DNA of 64,000 nt from Minisyncoccota bacterium (GTDB taxonomy: Bacteria > Patescibacteriota > Minisyncoccia > Phycocordibacterales > UBA9973). The notes under the pieces were generated by a model. It was not told the DNA's origin, ran no database searches, and was given only the letters and a program-made list of their open reading frames with translations. The position numbers were made by a program, and so were the translations under genes. Of this stretch, positions 1-10,655 are shown piece after piece; within the stretch, counting starts at the first letter, position 1, and every line of letters starts with the position of its first letter. The stretch covers positions 90,338 to 154,337 of the forward strand of contig JANOFO010000007.1 in assembly GCA_031413715.1 (NCBI GenBank). Direction: 5' to 3'.

Positions 1-633
1 CCAAAGCTCATCCTTTGGTCCATGACCGAATGAAGGTGGATCCATGATAATCGCATCATATGTTCTCCCGCGTTTGATTTCTCTTTTTAGAAACATAACT
101 ACATCATCGATGATCCACCTTATGGGTTTGTCTTCCATCCATGAAAGCTTGGTGTTTTCCCTCGCCCATGCAACTGCAGTTTTTGATCCATCGACATGAC
201 AGACCCAAGCTCCAGCCCGAGCACAAGCAAGTGTCGCGCCTCCTGTATAGGCAAAAAGATTCAATACTGAGATGGGATTATCTCTTTTAGTTTTTTCTTC
301 GGTGATTATTTTCTCCATCCATTGCCAGTTTGGAAGCTGTTCAGGGAAAAGACCGGTGTGCTTGAATGATGTCGAGCGAATCGAAAAAGTAAAGCCGCCG
401 AATGATATGATCCAGTTTTTTTCTATACCCTCTTTAATGACCCACTTAGTGCGATTAGCAGTGCGAGTAAATATAAGATCAGCATTTTCCCATATCTCTT
501 TTTCAAGTCCTTTTTTCCATAAGGCTTCAGGATCTGGGCGCATGAGTGTATACGAGCCATACCGTTCAAGCTTTTCACCTTCGCCAGAATCTAGGAGTTC
601 ATAATCTTTTTCTGTTTTAGTTTTTAATATCAT
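1..633 (-). CDS. class I SAM-dependent RNA methyltransferase, RlmI/RlmK-like; 3' end lies beyond the window start
   Basis: Manual minus-strand translation from the ATG at 633 gives MILKTKTEKDYELLDSGEGEKLERYG...FAYTGGATLACARAGAW...AIIMDPPSFGHG, with a SAM-binding glycine loop and a DPPxF motif. The ORF runs off the window edge, so it is absent from the ORF track. The + ORF 272..604 is its shadow. Confidence 0.6.
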   Translation of the reverse strand, partial: MILKTKTEKDYELLDSGEGEKLERYGSYTLMRPDPEALWKKGLEKEIWENADLIFTRTANRTKWVIKEGIEKNWIISFGGFTFSIRSTSFKHTGLFPEQLPNWQWMEKIITEEKTKRDNPISVLNLFAYTGGATLACARAGAWVCHVDGSKTAVAWARENTKLSWMEDKPIRWIIDDVVMFLKREIKRGRTYDAIIMDPPSFGHGPKDELW

Positions 634-669
634 GCTTGTCCGAAATAAATTTTAATAAATTTGGGCGGA

Positions 670-1602
670 TTATCTTAAGTACTTATTAATATTGGATATA
701 TGCTCTTTGTACGTTTTGGCTAAATGTATTGCTCCCGTCTTGTCGTGCAAGTAATAAAAGTACGCCGAATCTTCAGGATAAAGAGCAGCTTTGATCGCGC
801 GGAGTCCAGGGTTGCCAATCGGTTCACTTGGAAGCCCCATAGTAACATATGTGGAGCGATCTGCATCAACCTGAAGTAGCATTCTATTTTTTAGTCTTTT
901 CCATAAGATACCTGCAACAAGTGATGCGTCAGATTCACCTTGCGCCTCCTTCTCTACCAGTGATGCCATTGTTATGATCTCATCTAAGCTCCAACCAGAG
1001 CTCTCTATATCTGCCAGAAGAGAAGAAATGCGTTTCTTAAACGTATTACTTAATTCATCGATAAGTTCACTCGATGTGGTGAGTGGGAAAAAGAAATAGG
1101 TATCAGGAAACAAGTATCCTTGCTTGCTCTCGGGATCAGACAAAAATAAATCACGGCGGAAAGCTTGAAGGTTAGTCGCAAAGAGCGTGGCAATCTCTTC
1201 ATTCGTCATGCCTTCTTTTATAGTAATTCTTGTTGGATTAATATGGTGGTTTCCACGAGCAAGCATCCAGGCCACACTCCATACTGGCATATTCTCTGTA
1301 AAAAGATAGTCGCCGCGTGGAACATTCCGACGTGATCCAAATACTGTAACAAAGAATTTAAGCGCGGTGACACGACGCACTATATTGTGAGATTTTAAAT
1401 CCAGAGCTATGGATGTAAGTGTCTCTCCGGAAGCGATATGGATAAGGGTTCCTTGCCGATTTGCAATACTTTGGTTCCACACGGGAGCCCATGTCATGTA
1501 GTAGATGAAGATAAGAGCGAAAGCAACAATGAAAAAAATATTTAATATTTTATTATTGCCAAATTTTTTTCTCACTTCTGGAACAATCTCATTCATATTC
1601 AT
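670..1602 (-). CDS. mltG: endolytic murein transglycosylase MltG (YceG family)
   Basis: N-terminal TM anchor and C-terminal YceG-like signature ...LPSEPIGNPGLRAIKAALYPEDSAYFYY... Confidence 0.75.
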   Translation of the reverse strand: MNMNEIVPEVRKKFGNNKILNIFFIVAFALIFIYYMTWAPVWNQSIANRQGTLIHIASGETLTSIALDLKSHNIVRRVTALKFFVTVFGSRRNVPRGDYLFTENMPVWSVAWMLARGNHHINPTRITIKEGMTNEEIATLFATNLQAFRRDLFLSDPESKQGYLFPDTYFFFPLTTSSELIDELSNTFKKRISSLLADIESSGWSLDEIITMASLVEKEAQGESDASLVAGILWKRLKNRMLLQVDADRSTYVTMGLPSEPIGNPGLRAIKAALYPEDSAYFYYLHDKTGAIHLAKTYKEHISNINKYLR

Positions 1603-1605
1603 AGA

Positions 1606-2904
1606 TTATTGAGGCAAATTTGCTGGAGGTTTCGCAATTTTAGACTCAATACGCTTGAAGCTTGGAGTCTCTGATACCATACCTGGGAAGTGAAAAATTG
1701 TTGCAAGTTCACGACTGGATAAAACGAATATTTTTGGCGAGCCGGATGGGAAAAAAGCGTTGAAAATTTTTGGATATTTAAAAGAATATTGTATTGGTGG
1801 ATGAAAAAAGGTTCTCATGCGAAAGAAATTGAGTGTGCGTCTTTTATACTTGGTAAGTGCGCGACCAGTAGGATCTGACCATGGTGCATCAAACTGCGTA
1901 GAATTTACACGATCAAATTCATTAATATCTGGCTGAGCATATTGACGCCAAATCAAGCGAGAGGCGCGACGTAGATTATTAAACTGAGCCTCGGTGTTAT
2001 ACCTCTTATCTGCAAGAGTTACGACCCGAATACCACAATCAAAGTGAATGAGACTTATATTCTCAGTCACTACTTTAATGAGATTGGTCACCGGCGAAGG
2101 AGTACGGACGTCCATACCGAACGTTCCTTCATCATTTTCATTTTTTTGCGTACGCGTGTATGGTTTTAGTATTTCAAACATGAATTCTCGACCTGCTTGA
2201 TAGAAATCAACGTGTTTACCTGTGTGATGACTATGGTATGTTTTAATACATTGTCGCACGACAATCTGTATCCACATCTGCTGACCTTTTGGTAATGAAC
2301 CGAGAAGTTCGATAACCGGAGTAATCGGATCAATTTTGAATTCTTCTTTGGTGCCACTCTTCAACTCTTCCATATCTCGATATGTCCGAACAGGTAAAAA
2401 ATCTTCTTTGAGTTTAGTATATTCACAACCCCACATATACCAATCACCATTCTTTTTAAAATGAGACACGTGAAGAGTATAATCATCCACTTCCATCACT
2501 TTAGCCTGTGGATACTGAGCATATATTTGGGTTTCAATAAGATCGCGCATACGGGTTGGGGAACGGATAAAGAAATGTACTTTCCCATCAATTGATGCCA
2601 TTTCCAAAGAAAACCAAAACCATGGGGCACCTTGGATGTATTGTTCCCAGAAACCTTTATTACTTTTCTGATACAGAGCATTAGAAAAGAATAATTCCAT
2701 AGCAGCCGGAGATTTGATGACATCACGCGGAACATGAATTTCCAGAAGCACCCATTTGATCCCCATAATGAAGCGCTCCTGTCTGTAATGATGCCACAAA
2801 CGCAAGGCCACAATAGCCAGTGGAATAGGCATGAGATACCCAATAGCAACAAGGAGTATTTGCAGTACATTAAAATTGTGAGATGAAAAGAAATCTGAAA
2901 TCAT
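1606..2904 (-). CDS. hypothetical membrane-anchored protein
   Basis: 432-aa ORF with N-terminal hydrophobic helices; no motif recognised. Confidence 0.4.
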   Translation of the reverse strand: MISDFFSSHNFNVLQILLVAIGYLMPIPLAIVALRLWHHYRQERFIMGIKWVLLEIHVPRDVIKSPAAMELFFSNALYQKSNKGFWEQYIQGAPWFWFSLEMASIDGKVHFFIRSPTRMRDLIETQIYAQYPQAKVMEVDDYTLHVSHFKKNGDWYMWGCEYTKLKEDFLPVRTYRDMEELKSGTKEEFKIDPITPVIELLGSLPKGQQMWIQIVVRQCIKTYHSHHTGKHVDFYQAGREFMFEILKPYTRTQKNENDEGTFGMDVRTPSPVTNLIKVVTENISLIHFDCGIRVVTLADKRYNTEAQFNNLRRASRLIWRQYAQPDINEFDRVNSTQFDAPWSDPTGRALTKYKRRTLNFFRMRTFFHPPIQYSFKYPKIFNAFFPSGSPKIFVLSSRELATIFHFPGMVSETPSFKRIESKIAKPPANLPQ

Positions 2905-2915
2905 GTTATAAAAAA

Positions 2916-3056
2916 TCAGTTACCATAATACGTCGTAGTGGTAGTAGTGGTCTCTATTTCTTTCGTAAAAGATCCTGAGAACAACCCTATTAAAATAAGA
3001 ATAATCACGAGTCCTGCCACTATCATGATAATACTTAAAATTCCACGCTGATACAT
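2916..3056 (-). CDS. small single-pass membrane protein, 46 aa, poly-Thr tail
   Basis: Manual translation MYQRGILSIIMIVAGLVIILILIGLFSGSFTKEIETTTTTTTYYGN. It is below the ORF-track size cutoff and sits between two minus-strand genes. Confidence 0.25.
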   Translation of the reverse strand: MYQRGILSIIMIVAGLVIILILIGLFSGSFTKEIETTTTTTTYYGN

Positions 3057-3082
3057 GGGCTTATTATATCATACACAATATA

Positions 3083-3112
3083 AAAATCCCCACGTATATA
3101 TGGGGATTTTTA
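3083..3112 (-). terminator. rho-independent terminator-like hairpin (bidirectional)
   Basis: 10-bp perfect stem aaaaatcccca / tggggattttt with an 8-nt loop, flanked by A and T runs, immediately 3' of the CDS ending at 3122. Confidence 0.5.
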
Positions 3113-3121
3113 TAAGGCACC

Positions 3122-4153
3122 TTATGCTGTTATATAGAGTCCTTGCTTATTCTTTTTGAAGTATTTGGAATTCTGAAGATTGACAAGAATAGTGTTCTTT
3201 TTTAAATATCTCTCTTTCATAACTTGATCAACGATATCTTCTTTGGACATCGGGCCGTTTTTCTTCAAGAGTTCCTTGATGACATCGCGAACGACGCCTG
3301 ATTTGTAACCCCATTCAGAAAGTGCATAGATACCACGCCCAACGAGAACAAACCTTGAATCTTTAATGAGTTCATTGTGGCAGGTAGCTGTGTGGCACTT
3401 TTTATCAAACGTAGCTGCAACAGCTTTTGCAACTTCACGAAAATGCATCGGTGAGCCATGCTTACGCATCATTAAGAATGCATAGTCTTTGACACCGCGA
3501 GTCTTTATGCTCGAAGAAGTAGACTTACCCCATTCGCCGAGCGGATTTCGGGAAATAGTCTTTGACATAGCGAGCCAACGCTTGGCGATCTCTTCATTCT
3601 TGTATTGTTCTGACAATGCTTTGACTTCTTCAAGAAACCTTGCAACAAGTTCACTTTCTGAAACTAGTTCATCATCGGAAAGATTCTCATACAGATTCTT
3701 GAGTGATGCATGAACTTCCTCTGCGATTTCATCATCAACGCTCCAACGAGTTTTAAAATGGTCGTCTTCTTTATGTTTCTTGAAATCATCTCCAAGGGTT
3801 AGATACAAGTGTATATGATTCTGAGTGAGCTTGTCTTTTGAAATATGAGAAAGAAGTTCTTGTTCGGAAACAACCGCACCGAGAGTGTGCATGAGCTTCT
3901 TTAATTCTTCAAAAACTGCTTTCTCGTCTTTAAAAGTGGTGGACTTACGGATAAGCGTAAGCGCAGCATTTTCTATCTGTCTGACACGTTCGCGTGTAAT
4001 GCCGTATTTTTCACCAATGGCTTCAAGGGTCTTCCTTTGCGCGTCGTCAGTAAGTCCAAAGCGATTTACTACCACTTCATATGCCCTCTCTGGCAGATTC
4101 GAGAGCATTCGCTTAGTGACTTGTTTTGGTTTAAATGTAATAGTATTGGCCAT
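3122..4153 (-). CDS. DNA-binding protein with an N-terminal sigma-70 region-4-like HTH and a C-terminal HARE-HTH-like domain
   Basis: GEKYGITRERVRQIENAAL resembles sigma-70 region 4.2. C-terminal ...RFVLVGRGIYALSEWGY resembles the HARE-HTH motif of RpoE-delta and ASXL proteins. Confidence 0.5.
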   Translation of the reverse strand: MANTITFKPKQVTKRMLSNLPERAYEVVVNRFGLTDDAQRKTLEAIGEKYGITRERVRQIENAALTLIRKSTTFKDEKAVFEELKKLMHTLGAVVSEQELLSHISKDKLTQNHIHLYLTLGDDFKKHKEDDHFKTRWSVDDEIAEEVHASLKNLYENLSDDELVSESELVARFLEEVKALSEQYKNEEIAKRWLAMSKTISRNPLGEWGKSTSSSIKTRGVKDYAFLMMRKHGSPMHFREVAKAVAATFDKKCHTATCHNELIKDSRFVLVGRGIYALSEWGYKSGVVRDVIKELLKKNGPMSKEDIVDQVMKERYLKKNTILVNLQNSKYFKKNKQGLYITA

Positions 4154-4265
4154 TTGAGTTTAGATCTAATTTAATAATCATTTTCTACTAGTTTGATAAT
4201 ATCATTAGTATTAAATAAAGTCAACTTTTTATGATACTTCTTGTAAAATAAGGCTAGATGTACAG

Positions 4266-6077
4266 TTACCCTTTCGTTTTAGCTTTGGATCTTGATTGCT
4301 CCGTGAGGAATTTCTTGCGCAAACGGATATTCTTTGGTGTAATTTCAAGGTATTCATCGTCTGCCATGATCTCAAGAGCACGCTCAATAGAGAGTTTATA
4401 TGATGGCTTCACATTTACTGCCTCATCAGTACCTGATGAACGCATGTTTGAGAGCTGTTTGCCCTTTGTCGGGTTTACAGACATCTCATCGCCTTTAGTA
4501 ACGTTGCCGATAACCATGCCTTCGTATACTTCATCACCATGTTCGACATAAAGTATGCCGCGCTCTTGCAAAGTCCAGAGTGAAAATGCGACAACTTTAC
4601 CGCCAACCATCGATGTCATTGAACCAACATCGCGCTTCTTGATCTCTCCTGCATAATCTTTAAATCCAATGAACTGTGATGAGAGTAAGCCTTCACCTTT
4701 TGTGTCGACAACAAATTGTCCGCGGTAACCAAGAAGTCCGCGAGTTGGAATTTCAAGAAGTATACGAGTGATGCCTTCTTTCTCATGCATGTTCATAATC
4801 ATACCGCGACGCGCAGTTAGCTTTTCAATAACTGAGCCAGAAAATTCATTGCGTACATCTATTGTAACTTCTTCGTACGGTTCCAACTTTTTTCCATTTT
4901 CTTCTTTTATGATTACGTGCGGTTGTGAAACTTGAAGTTCATATCCTTCGCGACGCATATTTTCAAGCAAGACCGCGATGTGAAGTTCTCCGCGACCATA
5001 AACTAGATAACCTTCTTGCATCTCTTCTTCATCCGTTCCATCAAAATTTATCTTGAGGCCCACATTGATTTCAAGTTCTTTTTCAAGACGTTCGCGAATC
5101 TGACGGCTTGTAACATACTTGCCTTCACGTCCAGCAAACGGAGAGTCATTAACCAAAAAATTAAGAGAGATTGTCGGTTCATCTATAGCGATTGAAGAAA
5201 GTGCAGGAGTTTCTGCGTTGTTGACAATCGTCTCGCCGATGAAAACATCCGGAATACCTGCGATAATTGCGATATCACCTGTGTTTAGTATATCGACTTC
5301 CTTACGGGCAATGCCCTCGAATGTGAACATTTTAGTTATCTTTGTTGTACGGGATTTACCAGCATCATCCTTTACAATGATCTGCGAACCGGTTTTAATT
5401 GATCCCGCATATGCACGTGCAATGGCCAAACGTCCCAAGAAATTATCGTAGCCGAGATTGAAAACTTGAGCTTGGAATGGCTTATCCTCGTCTTTTGATG
5501 CTTCAGGTACCATTTCGAGAATAAGATCAAGCAATGGAGTAAGATCTTTTGAGTCGTCAGTGAGATTATTTTTGGCAATTCCTTGACGGCCGATAGCATA
5601 GATCGTCTTGAAATCAATCTGCTCTTCGTTAGCACCAAGCTCTAGAAATAGTTCCAGGACTTCTTCATGGACTCGGTTTGGATTTGCTGCCGGTTTATCA
5701 ATTTTATTGATAACAACAATTGGTTTAAGCCCGAGTTCAAGAGATTTTTTGAGCACAAAGCGAGTCTGCGGCATCGGACCTTCTTGTGCATCTACAAGAA
5801 GAAGCACAGAATCGATAGCACGAAGCACACGCTCAACCTCAGAACCGAAGTCCGCGTGGCCGGGGGTGTCGACGATATTGATCTTAGTACCTTTATAATT
5901 TACTGATGTATTTTTAGAATAGATAGTGATACCACGCTCAAGTTCAAGGGCATTTGAGTCCATAGTGGCACCTGTATCATTCATCCCGCATTGCTTCATA
6001 AGCTCATCAGTAAGAGTAGTCTTACCGTGATCCACGTGTGCAATGATTGCGATATTTCGTATTTCTGTAGGTTTCAT
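4266..6077 (-). CDS. typA: translational GTPase TypA/BipA
   Basis: [11 protein letters not shown]1 motif, [11 protein letters not shown]-like domain order, 603 aa. Confidence 0.95.
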   Translation of the reverse strand: MKPTEIRNIAIIAHVDHGKTTLTDELMKQCGMNDTGATMDSNALELERGITIYSKNTSVNYKGTKINIVDTPGHADFGSEVERVLRAIDSVLLLVDAQEGPMPQTRFVLKKSLELGLKPIVVINKIDKPAANPNRVHEEVLELFLELGANEEQIDFKTIYAIGRQGIAKNNLTDDSKDLTPLLDLILEMVPEASKDEDKPFQAQVFNLGYDNFLGRLAIARAYAGSIKTGSQIIVKDDAGKSRTTKITKMFTFEGIARKEVDILNTGDIAIIAGIPDVFIGETIVNNAETPALSSIAIDEPTISLNFLVNDSPFAGREGKYVTSRQIRERLEKELEINVGLKINFDGTDEEEMQEGYLVYGRGELHIAVLLENMRREGYELQVSQPHVIIKEENGKKLEPYEEVTIDVRNEFSGSVIEKLTARRGMIMNMHEKEGITRILLEIPTRGLLGYRGQFVVDTKGEGLLSSQFIGFKDYAGEIKKRDVGSMTSMVGGKVVAFSLWTLQERGILYVEHGDEVYEGMVIGNVTKGDEMSVNPTKGKQLSNMRSSGTDEAVNVKPSYKLSIERALEIMADDEYLEITPKNIRLRKKFLTEQSRSKAKTKG

Positions 6078-6177
6078 ATAATTTTTATGTTTTGAGCGAA
6101 AATAAAATCGCCTCTCTGGCGAAATGTAGATTCAATATATCATAGATTTAATGAAATGTAAAATCAAAAAGATTATA

Positions 6178-7272
6178 CTAAAGCAACTTTACAATATCGT
6201 TATAGGTAATAACAATCATAAGAAGCATGAGGAGTCCGAAGCCGATAGCATTTACAGCATTGGCAACAGCGGGCTTTATGCGAGAACCTTTAATTTTTTC
6301 TATAAGTAAGAATAGCAACCGTCCACCATCAAGCGCTGGGAATGGAATCAGGTTAATAACTGCAAGATTAATAGAGATGAGTGCAGTAAAAGACAGTAGA
6401 TATATGAATCCAAATTTTGCTGCGTCACCTACAACTCCGACAATACCAATAGGTCCCGTAATAGCAGATATATCCCCTTGGCCTTTGATTCCATCGGAAA
6501 TAAGATGATAGAACCCAGAAACAGTGGCCACCGACAAATCCCAAGATAATTTTAATCCTTCCCATAATGCCTTATGGACTGGAAGCTTGAGTGTACCTAT
6601 TATATCCATACTGATGCCTATCATAGGTGTATTTTCTGTCTTACTTATTTCTGGAGTGACAACCGTCTCTTTATTTTCTGGCCCGCGCTTATAATCCAAA
6701 GTTATCTCTTCATTCCCATGTTTTTTTACGAAATATTGTACGCTTTCAACCGAAGGAGTCTCTGTTCTATCAATAGCGGTTTTCATCAAGGCAAGTTTAT
6801 CACCGACTTTAAGTCCAGCTTTCTCAGCTGGAGAACCAGGTAGGACGCTTGTGATTGTAAGAGCTTGATTTTCTAGAACAGAGCCAGTCGGTGTCGCACC
6901 AGCCGATGATGGTAGTCCAGACATGAAACCAATTGAAAGTAAGAGCCATGCTACAACGAAATTCATAGTTACTCCAGCAAGTAGAACAGATGCTTGAAGA
7001 TATTTTGGCTTGTTTACAAAACTCCTACTACTGTCGGGACCGTTCATTGATTCTTCATCAGGATTCTCTCCGAAAATTTTTACATAGCCGCCGATAGGAA
7101 ATGCATTGATACGATACATCGTCTCTCCTTTTCTGAAGCTCCATAGTTTCGGCCCCATACCAAAAGCAAATTCATCCACGCGTATCCCAGATTTTTTAGC
7201 AACAATAAAATGCCCCCATTCATGGGACACGACAAGGACAAGCAAAATTATCAAAAAGATTAGTATATTCAC
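6178..7272 (-). CDS. rseP: RIP metalloprotease RseP (site-2 protease)
   Basis: HEWGHFIVAKKSG HExxH motif in TM1, a central PDZ-like segment and a C-terminal LDGG motif. Confidence 0.85.
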   Translation of the reverse strand: MNILIFLIILLVLVVSHEWGHFIVAKKSGIRVDEFAFGMGPKLWSFRKGETMYRINAFPIGGYVKIFGENPDEESMNGPDSSRSFVNKPKYLQASVLLAGVTMNFVVAWLLLSIGFMSGLPSSAGATPTGSVLENQALTITSVLPGSPAEKAGLKVGDKLALMKTAIDRTETPSVESVQYFVKKHGNEEITLDYKRGPENKETVVTPEISKTENTPMIGISMDIIGTLKLPVHKALWEGLKLSWDLSVATVSGFYHLISDGIKGQGDISAITGPIGIVGVVGDAAKFGFIYLLSFTALISINLAVINLIPFPALDGGRLLFLLIEKIKGSRIKPAVANAVNAIGFGLLMLLMIVITYNDIVKLL

Positions 7273-7277
7273 TTTAT

Positions 7278-7811
7278 TTAACTCATTATCTCGGTTTCTT
7301 TCTTGGCAAAGACTGCTTCCAAGTTTTTGTTCGCTTCATCTACGCATTTCTGAATGTCCTCTTTGGCGCGATTCTTGTCATCTTCGCTCATCTCTGATGT
7401 CTTATCCATCTCATCTCCTCGCTCTTTCCTAACTTTAATACGAGCCTCTTCGAGCTTCTCTTTTAAGACTTTGGCGAGCTTGGTGCGATTCTCGGTAGTA
7501 AGCATTGGGAATATTACTCTTACCCCATCTGAATCTGAGGCAACGCTGAGTCCAAGGTTAGCGGCGGATATCGCAATCTCTATGTCTTTGATCTGATTTT
7601 TATCCCAAGGAGCTATGCGTAAAGTCTTTGGATCTTCAATATTTACAGATGCTACATTTTTAATAGGCATCCTTGATCCATAGCTTTCAACCTGGACGCT
7701 GTCGAGCACCATTGGCGTCGCCCGGCCTGTATGAACTTGCGCATACTCGTGACCAAGCCAATCTTCTGTCTTTTTTAATTCTTGCTTAAAATTTGTTGTG
7801 TTGTAAGCCAT
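7278..7811 (-). CDS. frr: ribosome recycling factor
   Basis: Full-length RRF-like 177 aa; ...VHTGRATPMVLD...IEDPKTLRIAPWDKN... Confidence 0.95.
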   Translation of the reverse strand: MAYNTTNFKQELKKTEDWLGHEYAQVHTGRATPMVLDSVQVESYGSRMPIKNVASVNIEDPKTLRIAPWDKNQIKDIEIAISAANLGLSVASDSDGVRVIFPMLTTENRTKLAKVLKEKLEEARIKVRKERGDEMDKTSEMSEDDKNRAKEDIQKCVDEANKNLEAVFAKKETEIMS

Positions 7812-7823
7812 ATACGTTGTTTA

Positions 7824-8522
7824 TTATATCACAATGGCCAGGTGTTCTAAAATCATTTTAACTGATGCACCAGGCAAAGACAAATAATCTCGCGCCTTAC
7901 CAAGCTCATCGAGTGCAAACTGTATATCTTTATTTGTTTTATCTGATAGAAACTTCTTACGCACAATCTCTTCAAGCCCGTTAATAAGTTCTGTAGCATG
8001 AAACCGTACACTCCCACTACCAATACTATCTTTATGTTCTTCAATAAGGTCACTCACTAATTTGATCCGATCTTTCGATTTGCTTTTATAAAATCCTAGA
8101 GCATTTTTTGCTCTATCCACATTCTCTTTTCGTACTTTAATAACATGTGCGCGAGATAGGATCGTATCGAGCAGCATTCGAGAATTCGGCACCACAATAA
8201 AAAAGTGAGTGTCCGCTTTTGGTTCTTCTATCATCTTGAGGAGCGTTCTTTCTGCGTCGTGATTTATAAATTTAGTTCCAATAATACAGATCTTCTTAGT
8301 TTCTGTTATCCCCATTTCACTATGCCACTCTTTTATCTTTTCACTATCTTCTACAGTAAATGAATTATAGACCTGACACAAAACATCCGAACTCGCGCGA
8401 CTGGCATCACCCCGCTCTTCTAAGTATACACGTAGATCGAGAGCAACCGTATCAGGGTCACCTTCTACTATGTAGCTATGATAGAGAGTGTTTGGAAATA
8501 AATCTTTGAACGAAGTGGTCAT
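7824..8522 (-). CDS. holB: DNA polymerase III delta-prime-like subunit (short)
   Basis: ...ERTLLKMIEEPKADTHFFIVVPNSRMLLDTILSRAHV resembles the LLKtLEEPP...tILSR box of the clamp-loader delta-prime subunit. Confidence 0.6.
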   Translation of the reverse strand: MTTSFKDLFPNTLYHSYIVEGDPDTVALDLRVYLEERGDASRASSDVLCQVYNSFTVEDSEKIKEWHSEMGITETKKICIIGTKFINHDAERTLLKMIEEPKADTHFFIVVPNSRMLLDTILSRAHVIKVRKENVDRAKNALGFYKSKSKDRIKLVSDLIEEHKDSIGSGSVRFHATELINGLEEIVRKKFLSDKTNKDIQFALDELGKARDYLSLPGASVKMILEHLAIVI

Positions 8523-8526
8523 ACAC

Positions 8527-9597
8527 CTATTCTACTCCAAGTGGGAAAATATCGGCAAGTTCACCAGAGTAATAAAATTCGTATGCAATATCTCCAAACG
8601 TATAGTCCACATTATTGATGTTTATTACCGTGCCTCCTACTTGAGGATTTGGTTTGGGTACAGAATAATAGAAGCCGAGATTATAGAGTGTGGCCAGAAC
8701 TTCTGGGCGATTGCTTATATCGTAGCCTGCTTTTTCCCACTGAGTTTCTATCTGCTTTATATATAAACCAACATACAAGTACGGGTAGTAAGGGTTTTTC
8801 GCATTGGTAATGCGGTCAAGTCTTTGGGATTCTAGACCATTCGGATTTGTATAATCGACGATATGTTCCATCTCGGAACCAAGATAAAATGGTGATGAGT
8901 CATCTTTTAAGTGCTCTTCAATTTGAAGTACTGTCTTGGGCTTAAGGCCAGCGATGCCGAAAGAAGTATTGGAAAGCGAGGCCAAAATTTTCAAAGGCTC
9001 GAAATAACTCTTGAATGATTCACGTCTGCTGTTAAAAAATCTAAATTGCTCGCCAATCACACCACCGAGTATTAATCGCGGCGAGACACCCACGTCAGCA
9101 GCCGCTTTTTTTATAATATCCTGATCGCGAGTGAAGACTTCACGCATAAGATTCCACTGATCCGTATCCGCCCAATTGTATGCCGAAATTGGCAATATTA
9201 TTTCTTTCGAACCAGTAGTATTGCATGTATCCATACTCGCTGTATAGAAAAAATCGTTCTCAAATCGCCTAGACGCAACTTGGATCATTTTTAGAAGCAC
9301 ATTTTCATCTGTTCCTCTGGAAAGAGAACGATATATATTTATAGCGGTAAGCGGAGCGTATTTACCAAGAGTATTTATTTGGCACGTAATCACAAGATCA
9401 TTAAAGGTATCTGTTTCAGAAGAGGAAGTTTTATTTAAATTGAAATAGGAGTTACGCTCCGATATTGAACCTTTTACATTAAATATTCCTGTATGCATAC
9501 CGACATATACGAGGCAAAATATAAATCCGATAGCGGCAAAACCACACAAAAGAATAAGAAATGCCTTTCGATGGATATGTTTCTTTGAAGTATTCAT
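8527..9597 (-). CDS. hypothetical membrane-anchored extracytoplasmic protein
   Basis: N-terminal TM helix followed by a roughly 320-aa Tyr/Asn-rich domain; no recognised motif. Confidence 0.4.
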   Translation of the reverse strand: MNTSKKHIHRKAFLILLCGFAAIGFIFCLVYVGMHTGIFNVKGSISERNSYFNLNKTSSSETDTFNDLVITCQINTLGKYAPLTAINIYRSLSRGTDENVLLKMIQVASRRFENDFFYTASMDTCNTTGSKEIILPISAYNWADTDQWNLMREVFTRDQDIIKKAAADVGVSPRLILGGVIGEQFRFFNSRRESFKSYFEPLKILASLSNTSFGIAGLKPKTVLQIEEHLKDDSSPFYLGSEMEHIVDYTNPNGLESQRLDRITNAKNPYYPYLYVGLYIKQIETQWEKAGYDISNRPEVLATLYNLGFYYSVPKPNPQVGGTVININNVDYTFGDIAYEFYYSGELADIFPLGVE

Positions 9598-10610
9598 TAT
9601 CTCTTGCTGAGAATTGTCTTCTTATAAGTTTCGAGGTGATTAAGTGCTTCACCCGTACCACGAGCAACACACAGAAGTGGCTCATCCGCAACATACGCTT
9701 TGACGCCTGTTCTGCGATAGATAAGATCCGCTAGATTGCGAAGCTGTGATGATCCTCCAGTCATTATTATTCCATCATCGATAATATCGGCGGCAAGTTC
9801 GGGTGGAGTGAGGGAGAGAACATCTTTAATGGCGTTTATCATCGTACGAAGTTCTTTGTCGATTGCACGGACGATTTCATTGGTAGAGATCTGGGCAGTG
9901 CGAGGCAATCCTTGGATAAAATCACGGCCTTTGATAGTAATGGTAAGCTCTTCTTCAAGCGGTACAGCTGCGCCAATTTTCATTTTGATAGCTTCAGCAG
10001 TTCGGTCCCCTATTGCTAGATTAAAAGTCTTCTTTATGTAGTCAGCGATAGCTTGGTCGATCTTATCTCCCGCGCATTTCACCGATGTAGAAGCAACAAT
10101 ACCACCGAGCGATATCACCGCGATGTCAGTTGTACCACCACCAATATCCATAATCATGTGACCCTTGGATTCGTGTATCGGAATACCCGCACCGATAGCA
10201 GCGAGAATCGGCTCCTTGACCACGTATGCGTTTTTTGCTCCAGCGCGAACTGCGGCTTCTACCACCGCACGGCGCTCAGTGGATGTTATGCCTGCAGGCA
10301 CTGAAACCATGACATCAGGCTTAAATAAATTATATTTTCCGAGTGCTTTGTTTATAAAATATCGAAGCATTGCTTCAGTTACTCTATAGTCTGCAATCAC
10401 ACCATCCTTCATAGGACGATAGACCATAATATTTTCGGGGGTTTTGCCGATCATGTCTTTAGCCTCAGTACCAATTGCGAGTATTGTATTGTCTTGCTCA
10501 GAAACAGCCACGACAGAAGGTTCATTTAAGATGATACCTTTACCAGGGAAATACACGAGTGTATTGGCTGTTCCGAGATCAATGCCTAATTTTTTAGAAA
10601 ATAAAGCCAT
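9597..10610 (-). CDS. mreB: rod shape-determining protein MreB
   Basis: LGIDLGTANTLVY phosphate-1 motif; actin/Hsp70-fold signatures throughout. Confidence 0.9.
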   Translation of the reverse strand: MALFSKKLGIDLGTANTLVYFPGKGIILNEPSVVAVSEQDNTILAIGTEAKDMIGKTPENIMVYRPMKDGVIADYRVTEAMLRYFINKALGKYNLFKPDVMVSVPAGITSTERRAVVEAAVRAGAKNAYVVKEPILAAIGAGIPIHESKGHMIMDIGGGTTDIAVISLGGIVASTSVKCAGDKIDQAIADYIKKTFNLAIGDRTAEAIKMKIGAAVPLEEELTITIKGRDFIQGLPRTAQISTNEIVRAIDKELRTMINAIKDVLSLTPPELAADIIDDGIIMTGGSSQLRNLADLIYRRTGVKAYVADEPLLCVARGTGEALNHLETYKKTILSKR

Positions 10611-10655
10611 ATATATAGAGCTACTATAGCACAGAAGTTATGCTAGGATAAAGGT

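Noticed and set aside
272-604. 110-aa + strand ORF at the window start
   Set aside because: It lies antisense to a much more convincing edge-truncated SAM-methyltransferase frame, so it is a shadow ORF.
6085-6125. Weak hairpin cgcc-tctct-ggcg after rseP
   Set aside because: A 4-bp stem is too weak to call a terminator.
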